Assembly (NCBI GenBank): GCA_040005235.1
Contig: JBDTZG010000021.1
Coordinates: forward strand, 25,668 to 89,667
DNA: 64,000 bases
Direction of reading: 5' to 3'
From: Acidobacteriota bacterium
Lineage (GTDB): Bacteria > Acidobacteriota > Thermoanaerobaculia > Multivoradales > UBA5704
Numbering within the stretch: position 1 is the first letter of the stretch; each line of letters opens with the position of its first letter. This document shows positions 9,485 to 20,943 of the stretch, one piece after another. The notes below the pieces were generated by a model. It worked only from the letters and a program-made list of their open reading frames with translations. It had not been told where the DNA came from and searched no databases. The translations under genes were made by a program, and so were the position numbers.

Positions 9485-10774
9485 ATGGCAATCTCTCCGA
9501 CCTCCAAGCCGCCGGTACCGCGATTCCGGCTCTCGTGGACCGAAAACGTCCGCTTCGCTCTAAATGCCATGAAGGCGCAGAAGCTGCGCACCTTTCTCAC
9601 GCTCCTTGGGGTCGTCGCCGGAGTCGCCACGGTGATCATGATGGTCTCGTTCGTAGTCGGCTTTGACCGCTCGATCACCGCGGCGTTTACCAGTTTCGGC
9701 ACCCATCTGGTCCAATTTCAGAAATGGGAGAACCGCTTCGGCGACGACTCCGACATGCCGGAAGAGGAGCGCCACCGGAAGAACCTGGAGATCGACGACG
9801 CCAAGGCGCTCAAGCGGCTCGCGCCGCTTGCCGCCGCGGTCTCTCCCGAACGCTATTACTTTCAGCCTCTCGAAGTGGGGTCCGGGCGAAGGCAGGCGAA
9901 CAATCCGATCGTGGTCGGCGTGACCCCGGATTACCTCACGGCGAACTCCTCGGTGATTGGAGACGGCCGATTCTTCACCGATGCCGACGTGCGCCACGCC
10001 GCGCGGCTCGCGGTCGTGGCCCCCGACGTCGTCGAAGCGCTGTTTCCCCAGCAGGACCCGATCGGCCGGACGATCCGGATCTCCGCCTGGAGCTACCAGG
10101 TGATCGGCGTACTGGAGAAGAAGGGCGCGTTCCTAGGCGGCGGCGCCAACAATTTGATCCTGATCCCGATCGCCGCGTTCGACGAGATGCTGCCGGACGT
10201 GAAGAACGGCGAGGGCGACACCCTCCACATCGCGACCGTGCCGCGCCGGCCGGAGGACGTGGACGCCCTGGTCGAGCAGGAAACGGCGATCCTGCGCGCC
10301 CGGCGCCAACTGCGCCCCAATCAGCCGAACGATTTCGCGGTCTTTACCAGCGTCGGCCAGCTCAAGAACTTTCAGCAGATCACCGGCGGCATCGCCGCGG
10401 TGATGATCCTGATCGCCGCGATCGCCCTGGTCGTAGGGGGCGTGGGCGTGATGAACATCATGCTGGTGAACGTCACCCAAAGAACGCGCGAAATCGGATT
10501 GAGAAAAGCCCTCGGCGGCACCCGCCGCGACATCGCGATCCAATTCCTTTCCGAAGCGATCACGCTCACCGGCATCGGAGGAGCGATCGGCATCGCGATC
10601 GGCCTGGGGGTGGCGCTACTCGCCCGAGTCGTCTTCGACTTCCAAGCCGCGGCGCCCCTCTGGTCGGTCTTTCTAGGCTTCGGAGTCTCGACCACAGTAG
10701 GCCTCGTCGCCGGCCTCTGGCCGGCGCTCAAGGCGGCGCGCCAGGATCCGATCGAGGCGTTGCGGTACGAGTAA
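9485..10774 (+). CDS. MacB/FtsX-family ABC permease
   Basis: RTFLTLLGVVAG, NIMLVNVTQRTREIGLRKALG, DPIEALRYE. Confidence 0.93.
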   Translation: MAISPTSKPPVPRFRLSWTENVRFALNAMKAQKLRTFLTLLGVVAGVATVIMMVSFVVGFDRSITAAFTSFGTHLVQFQKWENRFGDDSDMPEEERHRKNLEIDDAKALKRLAPLAAAVSPERYYFQPLEVGSGRRQANNPIVVGVTPDYLTANSSVIGDGRFFTDADVRHAARLAVVAPDVVEALFPQQDPIGRTIRISAWSYQVIGVLEKKGAFLGGGANNLILIPIAAFDEMLPDVKNGEGDTLHIATVPRRPEDVDALVEQETAILRARRQLRPNQPNDFAVFTSVGQLKNFQQITGGIAAVMILIAAIALVVGGVGVMNIMLVNVTQRTREIGLRKALGGTRRDIAIQFLSEAITLTGIGGAIGIAIGLGVALLARVVFDFQAAAPLWSVFLGFGVSTTVGLVAGLWPALKAARQDPIEALRYE

Positions 10775-10782
10775 GGGCGCTT

Positions 10783-10885
10783 TTCCTGGGCGCGCCAGGC
10801 TCCAGCCTGGCTTTTTTCGCTGCGAGGCAGAGACTCGGTGGATCGAGTCCAAAAGCGCCACGCTGGAGCGTGGCGAGCCCGGGAA
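10783..10885. repeat. Inverted pair of REP-like palindromes between convergent genes; likely also terminates transcription
   Basis: CCTGGGCGCGCCAGGCTCCAGCCTGGC (10785-10811, followed by T6) resembles the reverse complement of 10857-10883; central hairpin GACTCG/CGAGTC. Confidence 0.7.
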
Positions 10886-10894
10886 GCTCTTCGA

Positions 10895-12694
10895 TCAGCG
10901 TTTGGCGCCGAGCGTCGCGTTGCCCTCCATCACCCGAAACACCGGCATCAATCCAATCGTCTCGTCCCAGTAGGGCGTCCGGCGATACCACCAGGTATAC
11001 CGGGCCTGCGGGTCGTTCGCGAGCTTCTCGTCGCGGAGGGCTGCTTCCCACTCTTTGGCGATCTGTGGATCTTTCAGGCGTTTCCGGATCATCGGTTCGA
11101 GCACTTTAGGGTCGATGTATTCCTTCCCTTCAAAGAGGGTCGAGAGCAGGCCCCAGGAGAGCAGCGAATCTGGGGCGTCGGGCTCCAGGAGCTGGGCGGC
11201 GACTTCGAAGTCGGGTTGATCGGCGGGGACCCAGAGCGCTCCGGCCGGGATTTTTCGGGTCTCTCGGCGGCGCTCGACTTTGATCTCCGTCACGCTGGTC
11301 AGCCCCTGATACGTGGATTCGGCGTATTTTGCTTCGGACAGGCGCGCCACTTCGACCTCGATTTCGAGCGGCGCGGCGACGCGAGAAAAACGTAGGCCCT
11401 GCGCCGCGAGGCGCTCTTCGATCTGCGGCCAGCCGGGCATCACGACGTAGGCGCGCGGACGAGGCACCGAGAGGGTGGATTTCGAGCCGTGAACCCAGGG
11501 CACCTCGATCGTCTCCGTTCGAGCTCGATCGAACAGCGTCACCGGTTTACCCGTGACGACCGACGCTTCGGAGTGCGAGGCATAGACCGGCCAGCGGTAA
11601 TGATCGCCCGTGTCGCTCTCTGCCCAATGCAGGGCGATCTCGGACGGCGGCGCGCCGGGGCGGCCGATCTCGATCTCGTGCGCTTCGGCCGCCGCGACCG
11701 CGTCGATCAAGCCGCGCGGATCTTTGTTCACCTCCGCGAGCAGTCCGGCGAGGAATGCGCGGACCGAAAGCACCCGGTCGCGATACGGCTTGTAGGAGTG
11801 GGTTTCGATCAAAATCGAAGGGCGGTTGCGCAGCGCGAAGTAGCCGGTGGAATACCGGGCGCCGCCGACCCAGGAGGTGAAGCCCTTGGTAACGTCGGTC
11901 CGATCGAGCAGATCGACGTACGGCCCGGCGGGATATCCCGCGCTCTCTACCGAGGCGACAGCGGCCGGAACGTGCGCCTTCATCCAGGCATCGACGGGGG
12001 CCGGCAGCTGAGGCGCTTCGACCGCCGTCCAGGTGAACACCGCCGGCATGTCGACCCCGTCGGTGACGTGGATGTCGACGTGAAGGTGCGGCCGCCAGGT
12101 ATTGACCAGGGCGACCAGGGCGCGCGCTTCGGGGCTCGCGAGCTTTACGTGGTCGCGGTTCAAATCGAACCCCTGTGCTGTGCTGCGGAAGCCCATGCCG
12201 TCGACCGGTCCGTTCTGGTTCGGCCGGTTGTAGGGAGAGATCCGCTCGTGGCCGTCGGCGTTGTAGATCGGCAGGAACAGGAAGGTGGCACCTTCCATCA
12301 GCTCGCGATTCTTTCCCGCTGCCCAGTCGGCGAGCAGCAGCATCGTCGCGTCCTTGCCGTCGATCTCTCCGGCGTGAATGCCGCTCTGGATTAAGAGGAT
12401 GGGCCGGGTCGGCTTCTCGCCGGGCTGCGGCGGATCGAACTTTCGATCCTTGGCCACGATCACCAGCGGAAGCTCGCGGCCGGCCGCCGAATGGCCGAAC
12501 GTGGTGACCTTCATTTCGGGGAAGTGCGCGGCGAGTTGATGCAGCCAGGCGATCGTCTCGTCGAACGTCGGCGTGCGCCGGAAATCCGACGCTTCGATCG
12601 GGGTCGCCGCGCGGTCTGAGGCGGCAGCCGGCACGGCGGGGAAAATCGCTGCGAGAAGCGTTGCGACGAGGGTCGAGCGGAGGTCGTGTCTCAT
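10895..12694 (-). CDS. Secreted M14 zinc carboxypeptidase
   Basis: IHAGEIDG, DLNRDH, VDIHVTDG; signal peptide begins MRHDLRS at 12694. Confidence 0.9.
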   Translation of the reverse strand: MRHDLRSTLVATLLAAIFPAVPAAASDRAATPIEASDFRRTPTFDETIAWLHQLAAHFPEMKVTTFGHSAAGRELPLVIVAKDRKFDPPQPGEKPTRPILLIQSGIHAGEIDGKDATMLLLADWAAGKNRELMEGATFLFLPIYNADGHERISPYNRPNQNGPVDGMGFRSTAQGFDLNRDHVKLASPEARALVALVNTWRPHLHVDIHVTDGVDMPAVFTWTAVEAPQLPAPVDAWMKAHVPAAVASVESAGYPAGPYVDLLDRTDVTKGFTSWVGGARYSTGYFALRNRPSILIETHSYKPYRDRVLSVRAFLAGLLAEVNKDPRGLIDAVAAAEAHEIEIGRPGAPPSEIALHWAESDTGDHYRWPVYASHSEASVVTGKPVTLFDRARTETIEVPWVHGSKSTLSVPRPRAYVVMPGWPQIEERLAAQGLRFSRVAAPLEIEVEVARLSEAKYAESTYQGLTSVTEIKVERRRETRKIPAGALWVPADQPDFEVAAQLLEPDAPDSLLSWGLLSTLFEGKEYIDPKVLEPMIRKRLKDPQIAKEWEAALRDEKLANDPQARYTWWYRRTPYWDETIGLMPVFRVMEGNATLGAKR

Positions 12695-12736
12695 AGGGGC
12701 CGATGCTAGCAGGTGCCCTCTTCTATACTGGCCGCC

Positions 12737-14734
12737 ATGACCTCCCCTCCGGAGTCTTTCCTTCGCCGGCTGGCCGCCCGGCTTCGGCCGCGCTTGCTCG
12801 CCCGGACTCTCCTCGCTCTGGGCGCGGTGGGCCTTCTGCCGCTCGGCATCGTCTCGTTCGGTCTTGCGGATCTGAACCGCGGGGCGATCGAAGATCAGGT
12901 GCTGCGCACCCACGCGCTCGCCGCCAACACGGCCGCGGAACGGGTGGCCTCGTTCCTGGCGGTCCGCCGATCGCTCGCCGAAGGGATGGCCGGAAACCCT
13001 GCTTTGGCCGAGCCGACCTCCCCCGAAGCGCAGGACCTGTTGCGCCAGAATCTCGGCGCTTGGGCGGACCTCGGGGTGCTGGCGATCGCGATCGTCGACC
13101 GCGAAGGGCGCGAGGGCTTGAGGGCGCAGATCAAGGGGGCCGACCGGGTACGGATCGATCGGGCGCTCGCGGCGGGAGGCGCCGGGGCCGCGGGAGGAAC
13201 GGGGGCGAGGGAGCCGATTCCGGTGATGAGCCCGCCCGGTGATTTGAGGGGGCTCACCGTGGTGCTGACCGCGCCGCTGCCCGGAGCGGTGGGCGCCGAG
13301 GGGCTCTCGGTTGGCGCCGTCCGGCTGGTCTGCGACGGGGAAGCGCTGGTCGACATCGCGCAGCCCAACGAAATCGGCGAAGAGGCCGATCTGTTGATCA
13401 TCGATCGGGCGCGGCAGCCGATCGTCGCCTCCGGCACGCCGCTCGCGGGGTTTCCGGAAGAGCTGGTCAGGAATGCCACCTCTGGCAAGCTCGGTGGCGC
13501 CCGTCGTTTCCGCGACGCTTCGGGCGAGACGATTCTCGGAGCCTACGCGCCCGTGCCGCGTTCGAGCTGGTCGGTCCTGTCGCGGCAGCCGGCGCGCGTG
13601 GCCGACGCGGTGGCGAATCGCCTGCGCCGTCGCGCTTTCCTTGCGATCGGTGCCGCCCTGGCGTTGATCGCGGCGCTCGGCGGCTTGGCGTACTGGACCG
13701 TCATCAAACCGCTGCGCGATCTGGTCCGCGCGCAGCGACGACTCGCGCGGGGGGGAGCCTTACGAAGCGGCGACGAGATCGCCGATCTCAAAAATGCGTT
13801 TTCGCTGCTCGAAAGAAGCGTTTCGGACCGCGAAGCGCTGGCCCAGATCTTCCTCGGCCGCTACCAGGTGATCGAGCTGCTCGGTTCGGGCGCTATGGGC
13901 TCGGTGTTCCGCGGCTGGGACCCCCGGCTCGAACGGGCGGTGGCGCTCAAGACCGTGCGCCTGGGCGACCTGCCCAGCTCGGAGTCGCGCTCCAAACAAC
14001 TGCAGACCTTGCGGCGCGAGGCGATCACCGTCGCGCGCCTGAACCATCCGAACATCGTCGCGGTTTACGACGTAGAGGACGCGGTCGAGGCGGCGTTCAT
14101 CGCGATGGAGCTGGTCGACGGCGCGAGCCTCGAAAGCCTGTTCTGGAACCGTGGCAAGCTCACGGCCGAAGAGGTGATTCCGCTCGGCGCGGCGATCGCC
14201 AGGGGGCTCGCGGCGGCGCACGAACGGGAGATCCTTCATCGCGACGTCAAGCCGGCGAACCTGCTGCTCGGCCGCGATGGGGCGATCAAGATCACCGATT
14301 TCGGAATTTCCGAGCTGGCCTCGGTCTCCGAGCGCGGCGGGGCTTCGATCTTCGGCACGCCCGGCTACATTCCGCCCGAGACGCTGCGCGGTGAAGGGTA
14401 TGGCCCGAAGGGGGATCTGTTCGCCTTGGGCGTCGTGCTCTACCACGCCCTCGTGGGTAAGCGGCCGTTCGCCGGAGGGACGGTGAGAGACGTGGTGCGG
14501 GCGACCCTCACCGATCAGCCCGTGCCGCCGAGCCAGCGGGTGCAGGGCCTGCCGGAGCCGCTCGACGCCCTGGTGCTCTCCCTGCTCGCCCGCGATCTGG
14601 ACGGTCGGCCGGAAAGCGCCGCAGCGGTTGCCGCGACGCTCGAAAGTCTGGCCGCCGAGCTGCGCCTACGGTGGCGCTGGCGGCCGGAATACGAATCGAC
14701 CCAGACGCAGGAGATCGTCAAGCTGGCGGCCTAA
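12737..14734 (+). CDS. Membrane Hanks-type Ser/Thr kinase with periplasmic Cache-like and HAMP-like regions
   Basis: Two TMs flanking a sensor domain; GSGAMG, VALK, HRDVKPAN, DFG, GTPGY. Confidence 0.9.
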   Translation: MTSPPESFLRRLAARLRPRLLARTLLALGAVGLLPLGIVSFGLADLNRGAIEDQVLRTHALAANTAAERVASFLAVRRSLAEGMAGNPALAEPTSPEAQDLLRQNLGAWADLGVLAIAIVDREGREGLRAQIKGADRVRIDRALAAGGAGAAGGTGAREPIPVMSPPGDLRGLTVVLTAPLPGAVGAEGLSVGAVRLVCDGEALVDIAQPNEIGEEADLLIIDRARQPIVASGTPLAGFPEELVRNATSGKLGGARRFRDASGETILGAYAPVPRSSWSVLSRQPARVADAVANRLRRRAFLAIGAALALIAALGGLAYWTVIKPLRDLVRAQRRLARGGALRSGDEIADLKNAFSLLERSVSDREALAQIFLGRYQVIELLGSGAMGSVFRGWDPRLERAVALKTVRLGDLPSSESRSKQLQTLRREAITVARLNHPNIVAVYDVEDAVEAAFIAMELVDGASLESLFWNRGKLTAEEVIPLGAAIARGLAAAHEREILHRDVKPANLLLGRDGAIKITDFGISELASVSERGGASIFGTPGYIPPETLRGEGYGPKGDLFALGVVLYHALVGKRPFAGGTVRDVVRATLTDQPVPPSQRVQGLPEPLDALVLSLLARDLDGRPESAAAVAATLESLAAELRLRWRWRPEYESTQTQEIVKLAA

Positions 14735-14737
14735 GCC

Positions 14738-16561
14738 TCAGCGCCGCACGATCTTCCAAGTTCTCGTGGCCGAGTTGCCGACCAGGTCCTGCGCCTCGAC
14801 TTCCAACAGAGCCGCGGCGTTCGAATCGGCGGGAGCCACCTTGGCCCGGTAGATCAGCTTGGCGATGCCACTGCCGAGATCGTCTCCGGTCACCCAGAGC
14901 AGACGATCACCGGTCAACGCATTGCCGTCGTCTCCGACGAGTTGCCAGCCCTGGCCGGCGAAGAAGACCTGTGGATGGTTCGCCGTGGCGGTGCTTTCCG
15001 ACCAGACGCCATTGCTGGGCGCGGTCCGATCGCCCCAGACGAGGGGGAGCCAGCGCCGGCCGTCGGCCGACCAGACGATTGCGCCGCCGCGCTCCGGCTT
15101 CCAGTTGCTCGGGGTCCGCCGACGCCCCCGGTCGGGCTCACCGTGGTCGTCGTAGACGTTGGCGTCGACCGCCTGCGTGCGCAGAGTCGGCGCCTCGGCG
15201 TCGATCGTGAAGGCGAACGGCCCGACGGTCGTCGATTGGCCGCAACCGTCGGTGATCACCACCTCGGCGACCCGGGCACCCGGCGAGGGGGCGGTCCATG
15301 CCGACTCGCTGACTTCCTGGCCGTCGAGCCGGTAGGTCCGCTGCGCGACGCTGCAGGAGGTGCTCTCGTCCCGGATCTCCAACTTCGTGGCGCCGCTGCC
15401 GAACAGGACCTCGGCGACCCCGACCTGGACTCCGGCCAGGCCCAGACGGGCAGATGGCGGCGGCCCGGCCGCCACGGCCGGCGTGACTTCGACCGCCGAC
15501 CCGGCGCTCGGATAGCCATCGAGCCCCGAGGCGCTACGCGCGGTCACCCGCCACATGAGCTTGCCGAGGGGCAACGCCGCGGCAGGCCGCCACGAGGCGA
15601 CCTGAATGCCGGTCGCGCGATCGATCATTTCGCCGCAGGCCTTGTCGCGGCAGACTTCGACGACGTAGGTCGCCGCCCCCGGGACCTCTTCCCATTGCAT
15701 CTTCGTTCGGTTGAGCGGCACTCTGGCATCGACCTTCGGGGCGGTGAGCGCCGGAGCGGGGAGAAGCTTCTCCGGCGGACCGGGCGCAGCGCCCTCTTCG
15801 ACCGACGTTCCCATTCCTTCCGCCACCGCGACCTGGGAGCCTCCCGAGGCGACCTCCCCCTGGCCGCCGTACATCATCACTTTGGCAGCCCCCTTTTCCG
15901 CCTTCCGTGCCCGCGCCTGGGAGACCCCTTTGGCGTTCGGCCGGGCCTTCGCGCTGGTGCCGCCGATCAGAATTTCGACCTCCGAGGCGCGCGAAGAGGC
16001 CGCCACGCCGCCGATTTCGAACTCCGCCTGCCCCTCGACGATCTCGACCGCCTTGCGCTCGACTCCGGAGAGGGCGCCTCCTGCCCGATGGAGGAAGACG
16101 AGCGAATCTTCGGTGACGCCGAGCCGTGTGCCGTCGGTGAAGCGCAGCTCCGCCGAGGACTTCGGGTAGGTCCGCATGCCGTCTTTTTCGACCAGCAAAT
16201 CGCCGAGCTGCGCCTCGCCCCAAGGGATCGGAGCCGGTCGTTCGTCCACTCGTCGCGACAGGAGGGCCACCTGCGCCGCGGGCTCCGCCCGGGCGCCCGC
16301 GACGGCGATCCGGATGCGCTGGCCGGGCTCGATCAGGTCGGGATTTGCGATGTTCTCGTTCAACTTGGCGAGCTGTTGCCAATAGCGGGCGTCGCCCAGG
16401 TAGCGCTGGGCCAAGTTATGCAGGGTCTCACCCGGCCGGACCACATGCCAACCCTTGCTCGATCCGGCTGGCAGAGCCGTTTGCCCGGCGGCCCATGTGG
16501 GGCCGACCAGGGCGAGCGAAGCGCCCACCAGTCCTCGAACCACGGCGCGTTGAAGAGTCAT
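14738..16561 (-). CDS. Secreted LysM + FecR-domain protein with Ig/FN3-like C-terminus
   Basis: Signal peptide; HVVRPGETLHNLAQRYLG...NPDLIEPGQRI (LysM); RTYPKSSAELRFTDGT (FecR-like). Confidence 0.8.
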   Translation of the reverse strand: MTLQRAVVRGLVGASLALVGPTWAAGQTALPAGSSKGWHVVRPGETLHNLAQRYLGDARYWQQLAKLNENIANPDLIEPGQRIRIAVAGARAEPAAQVALLSRRVDERPAPIPWGEAQLGDLLVEKDGMRTYPKSSAELRFTDGTRLGVTEDSLVFLHRAGGALSGVERKAVEIVEGQAEFEIGGVAASSRASEVEILIGGTSAKARPNAKGVSQARARKAEKGAAKVMMYGGQGEVASGGSQVAVAEGMGTSVEEGAAPGPPEKLLPAPALTAPKVDARVPLNRTKMQWEEVPGAATYVVEVCRDKACGEMIDRATGIQVASWRPAAALPLGKLMWRVTARSASGLDGYPSAGSAVEVTPAVAAGPPPSARLGLAGVQVGVAEVLFGSGATKLEIRDESTSCSVAQRTYRLDGQEVSESAWTAPSPGARVAEVVITDGCGQSTTVGPFAFTIDAEAPTLRTQAVDANVYDDHGEPDRGRRRTPSNWKPERGGAIVWSADGRRWLPLVWGDRTAPSNGVWSESTATANHPQVFFAGQGWQLVGDDGNALTGDRLLWVTGDDLGSGIAKLIYRAKVAPADSNAAALLEVEAQDLVGNSATRTWKIVRR

Positions 16562-16750
16562 GTAGCGTCCTCCATCCTGGAATCAGAATCGTCACCGCAA
16601 TGCTGCCGCGGATTGTTTGGATACCGGCGAGTCTATCCGGCATTTTGCCTTGCGCAATGCGTAGAACATGCCAGAAGAGCCAAGATGCCCGGGCGTTGTG
16701 ACCGGTGCCACGAATTCGGCCCCCGTGCGGTGTCCGCCCCCCTGGGTTAG

Positions 16751-18628
<1,878 letters not shown>

Positions 18629-18631
18629 CAC

Positions 18632-18690
18632 TTTGGAGTGCGGCGCCACGTCGCCGCGATCAAAGCGCCGACTCGTCGGCGCACTCCAAA
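18632..18690. repeat. REP-like palindromic element (TGGAGTGCG type)
   Basis: Perfect 11-bp terminal inverted repeat TTTGGAGTGCG...CGCACTCCAAA enclosing two GC hairpins. Confidence 0.75.
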
Positions 18691-19691
18691 CGGGAAGGCC
18701 CGGCTTTTACTTTTCTCCGCATCACCAGAGCGATCCCTATTCCAAGCATCGGAACCAGCACCCAGCTCCCCTCCGGGCCGTAACTGCCGCCGGTCCAGGC
18801 TTCCGGGCCGGTCAATCGGGCGTTGAACAGGCGAAAGATCTCGATTCCTGACACCGGCAGCGAGAGCAGGCCTCCGATCGCGAAGTTCCAGACTCCGTGG
18901 ACCCAGGTCGGCGCCCAAAGGCTGTCGGTTCGCTCGAACAGGGCGCAGAGCAGGACTCCGGCGAGAAAGGTGTTGAGGCCGCCCGCCAAGGTAAAGCCTG
19001 GATTTCCGGCATGGGCCAGCGCGAACAGACCGGAGCTGACGATCGCCGCGGCGGCGGGGGAGAGGGCGCGGCGGAGCAGGCCGTAGAAACCGCCGCGCAG
19101 GACCAGCTCTTCGAGCCCGCCTTGGATCAGGAAGGCGCCGAACAACAGGGCGAGCGCGCCTAAGTCGTGCGCCTCGAATCCGCCGGGGGCGACCGCGGGG
19201 CTCCAGCCGAGGATCGAAAAGCGCCCTTCGATCTCCGCGCCGCCGAGCCAGAGGGCAAGAAAGGCGAGGGTTGCGAGGCTCGACAGCACCGCTTGTCGGG
19301 CGATCGGGGGGCGGCCCGCGGCGGAGGTTTGGGGCCAGCCGAGCCCCAGAGCGGCCGGTGGGCGCCGATCGATCCAGCGGGAATAGAACAGCGCGTAACC
19401 GACGATGAACGGCAGGCAGGCCACGCGGCTGAGCAGCAGGCGGTCGCCCTCCATCGGGAAGAAGTCCGCCATGGCCTCCACCCAGCGGCGGAAGGTGTAC
19501 CAGAGGAGAATCTCGACCGCGATGTAGCCCAGCAGGAAGAGCGCGGCGAGGCCGATCGCTTGAATTCGCGGATGCCCTTGCCAGAACGGGAGCTGTGGGG
19601 CGACCGGTTCAGGGGAAAACGGAACGAGCGAAAGCCTTTCGACGACGAGCGCCGGTTCGTCGGAAGCCGGCGGCGAGGGCATGTCTTCCAT
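18660..19691 (-). CDS. CPBP/Abi-family intramembrane glutamic protease
   Basis: EELVLRG, FALAH, HGVWN; multiple TMs; start approximate. Confidence 0.88.
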   Translation of the reverse strand: MEDMPSPPASDEPALVVERLSLVPFSPEPVAPQLPFWQGHPRIQAIGLAALFLLGYIAVEILLWYTFRRWVEAMADFFPMEGDRLLLSRVACLPFIVGYALFYSRWIDRRPPAALGLGWPQTSAAGRPPIARQAVLSSLATLAFLALWLGGAEIEGRFSILGWSPAVAPGGFEAHDLGALALLFGAFLIQGGLEELVLRGGFYGLLRRALSPAAAAIVSSGLFALAHAGNPGFTLAGGLNTFLAGVLLCALFERTDSLWAPTWVHGVWNFAIGGLLSLPVSGIEIFRLFNARLTGPEAWTGGSYGPEGSWVLVPMLGIGIALVMRRKVKAGPSRLECADESAL

Positions 19692-19823
19692 TGCGGGCGA
19701 TTCTCTCCCGGATTGCCTCGCTCCGGCGTTCGGGGTCTCGTCTGGACGGTTTTCCGACACTCTAGGAGGGTGTCGGCGGTATCTTGGCCGGCAGGATCTT
19801 CCGTTTCTTCTTCGAGGTGCCGC

Positions 19824-20696
19824 ATGGAAATCAAAACGGTCGGCGTGGTCGGTGCCGGCGTGATGGGGGTTGGGGTCGCCCAAAATCTCGCCCAGACGGG
19901 GCATCGGGCACTCCTGGTCGACGTGAGCGACGAGATTCTGGACCGGGCGCGCGGTGCGATCCGCCAGGGGCTCCGTTTCGGCCAGATGTTCGACAAGAGC
20001 GGCGCCGCGGCGCCGCGGGAGAAAGCGGCCGACGTGCTGGCGCGGATTTCGTTCTCGACCGATCTCGACACCCTGGCCGAGGCCGATTTCGTGGTCGAGA
20101 ACGTGATCGAGAAGTGGCCGATCAAAGAGCCGATCTACCGCCGGTTGGACCAGATCTGCCGCCCAGAGATCTGTTTTGCAGCGAACACCTCGGTCATCTC
20201 GATCACCAAGATCGGTGGCGCCACGAACCGGCCGGACAAAGTGCTCGGGATGCACTTCATGAATCCGGTGCCGCAGAAAGATACGGTCGAGGTGATCCGC
20301 GGCCACCATACGAGCGAGGAGACGCTCGGCGTCGCTCGTAAGTTCCTCGCCCAGATGGGCAAAGAGGGGATCGTGGTCAACGACGCCCCGGGTTTCGTCT
20401 CCAACCGGGTTCTGATGCTCACCGTGAACGAGGCGATCTTCCTGGTGCAGGACGGGGTGGCTCCCGTCGAAGACGTCGACCGGCTGTTCAAGAGCTGCTT
20501 CGGCCACAAGATGGGGCCGCTCGAAACCGCGGACCTGATCGGATTGGATACCATCCTCTACTCAATCGAGGGGCTCTACGAGCAGTTCGCCGACAGCAAG
20601 TTCCGTCCCTGCCCGCTGCTGCGCAAAATGGTCGACGCGGGGCTCCACGGCAGGAAGAGCGGCAAGGGTTTCTACGACTACGGCACGGGGAGCTAG
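19824..20696 (+). CDS. 3-hydroxyacyl-CoA dehydrogenase family protein (FkbK/ZmaG-like)
   Basis: GVVGAGVMG, ANTS, GMHFMNP, MGPLETADLIGLD; operonic with ACP, acyl-ACP dehydrogenase and FkbH. Confidence 0.9.
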   Translation: MEIKTVGVVGAGVMGVGVAQNLAQTGHRALLVDVSDEILDRARGAIRQGLRFGQMFDKSGAAAPREKAADVLARISFSTDLDTLAEADFVVENVIEKWPIKEPIYRRLDQICRPEICFAANTSVISITKIGGATNRPDKVLGMHFMNPVPQKDTVEVIRGHHTSEETLGVARKFLAQMGKEGIVVNDAPGFVSNRVLMLTVNEAIFLVQDGVAPVEDVDRLFKSCFGHKMGPLETADLIGLDTILYSIEGLYEQFADSKFRPCPLLRKMVDAGLHGRKSGKGFYDYGTGS

Positions 20697-20703
20697 AGGC
20701 GAG

Positions 20704-20943
20704 ATGGACGAGACGCAAACCAAAATCAAAGAATTCCTGTCGCGGTTCTTCAAGAACCACGATCTTCAACCGGGCGAAGACATCTTCTCGCTCGGGTTCG
20801 TCAACTCGCTGCTCGCGATGCAGCTGGTTGCCTTCGTCGAGAAAGAGTTCGGATGTACGGTCGAGGACGAAGATTTGGATCTCGACAACTTCCGTTCGAT
20901 CGATGCGATTTCCGCGCTGATCGCAAAGAAGCGCGGCGCGTGA
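20704..20943 (+). CDS. Acyl carrier protein (FkbJ/ZmaD-like)
   Basis: 79 aa, acidic, GFVNSL phosphopantetheine Ser, DLDLDNFRSI. Confidence 0.9.
   Translation: MDETQTKIKEFLSRFFKNHDLQPGEDIFSLGFVNSLLAMQLVAFVEKEFGCTVEDEDLDLDNFRSIDAISALIAKKRGA

Noticed and set aside
16658-16674. Sigma54 promoter for the LysM-FecR gene (CTGGCATGTTCTACGCA, minus strand)
   Set aside because: GG-N10-GC spacing fits, but the TTGC element is missing; too weak to call.
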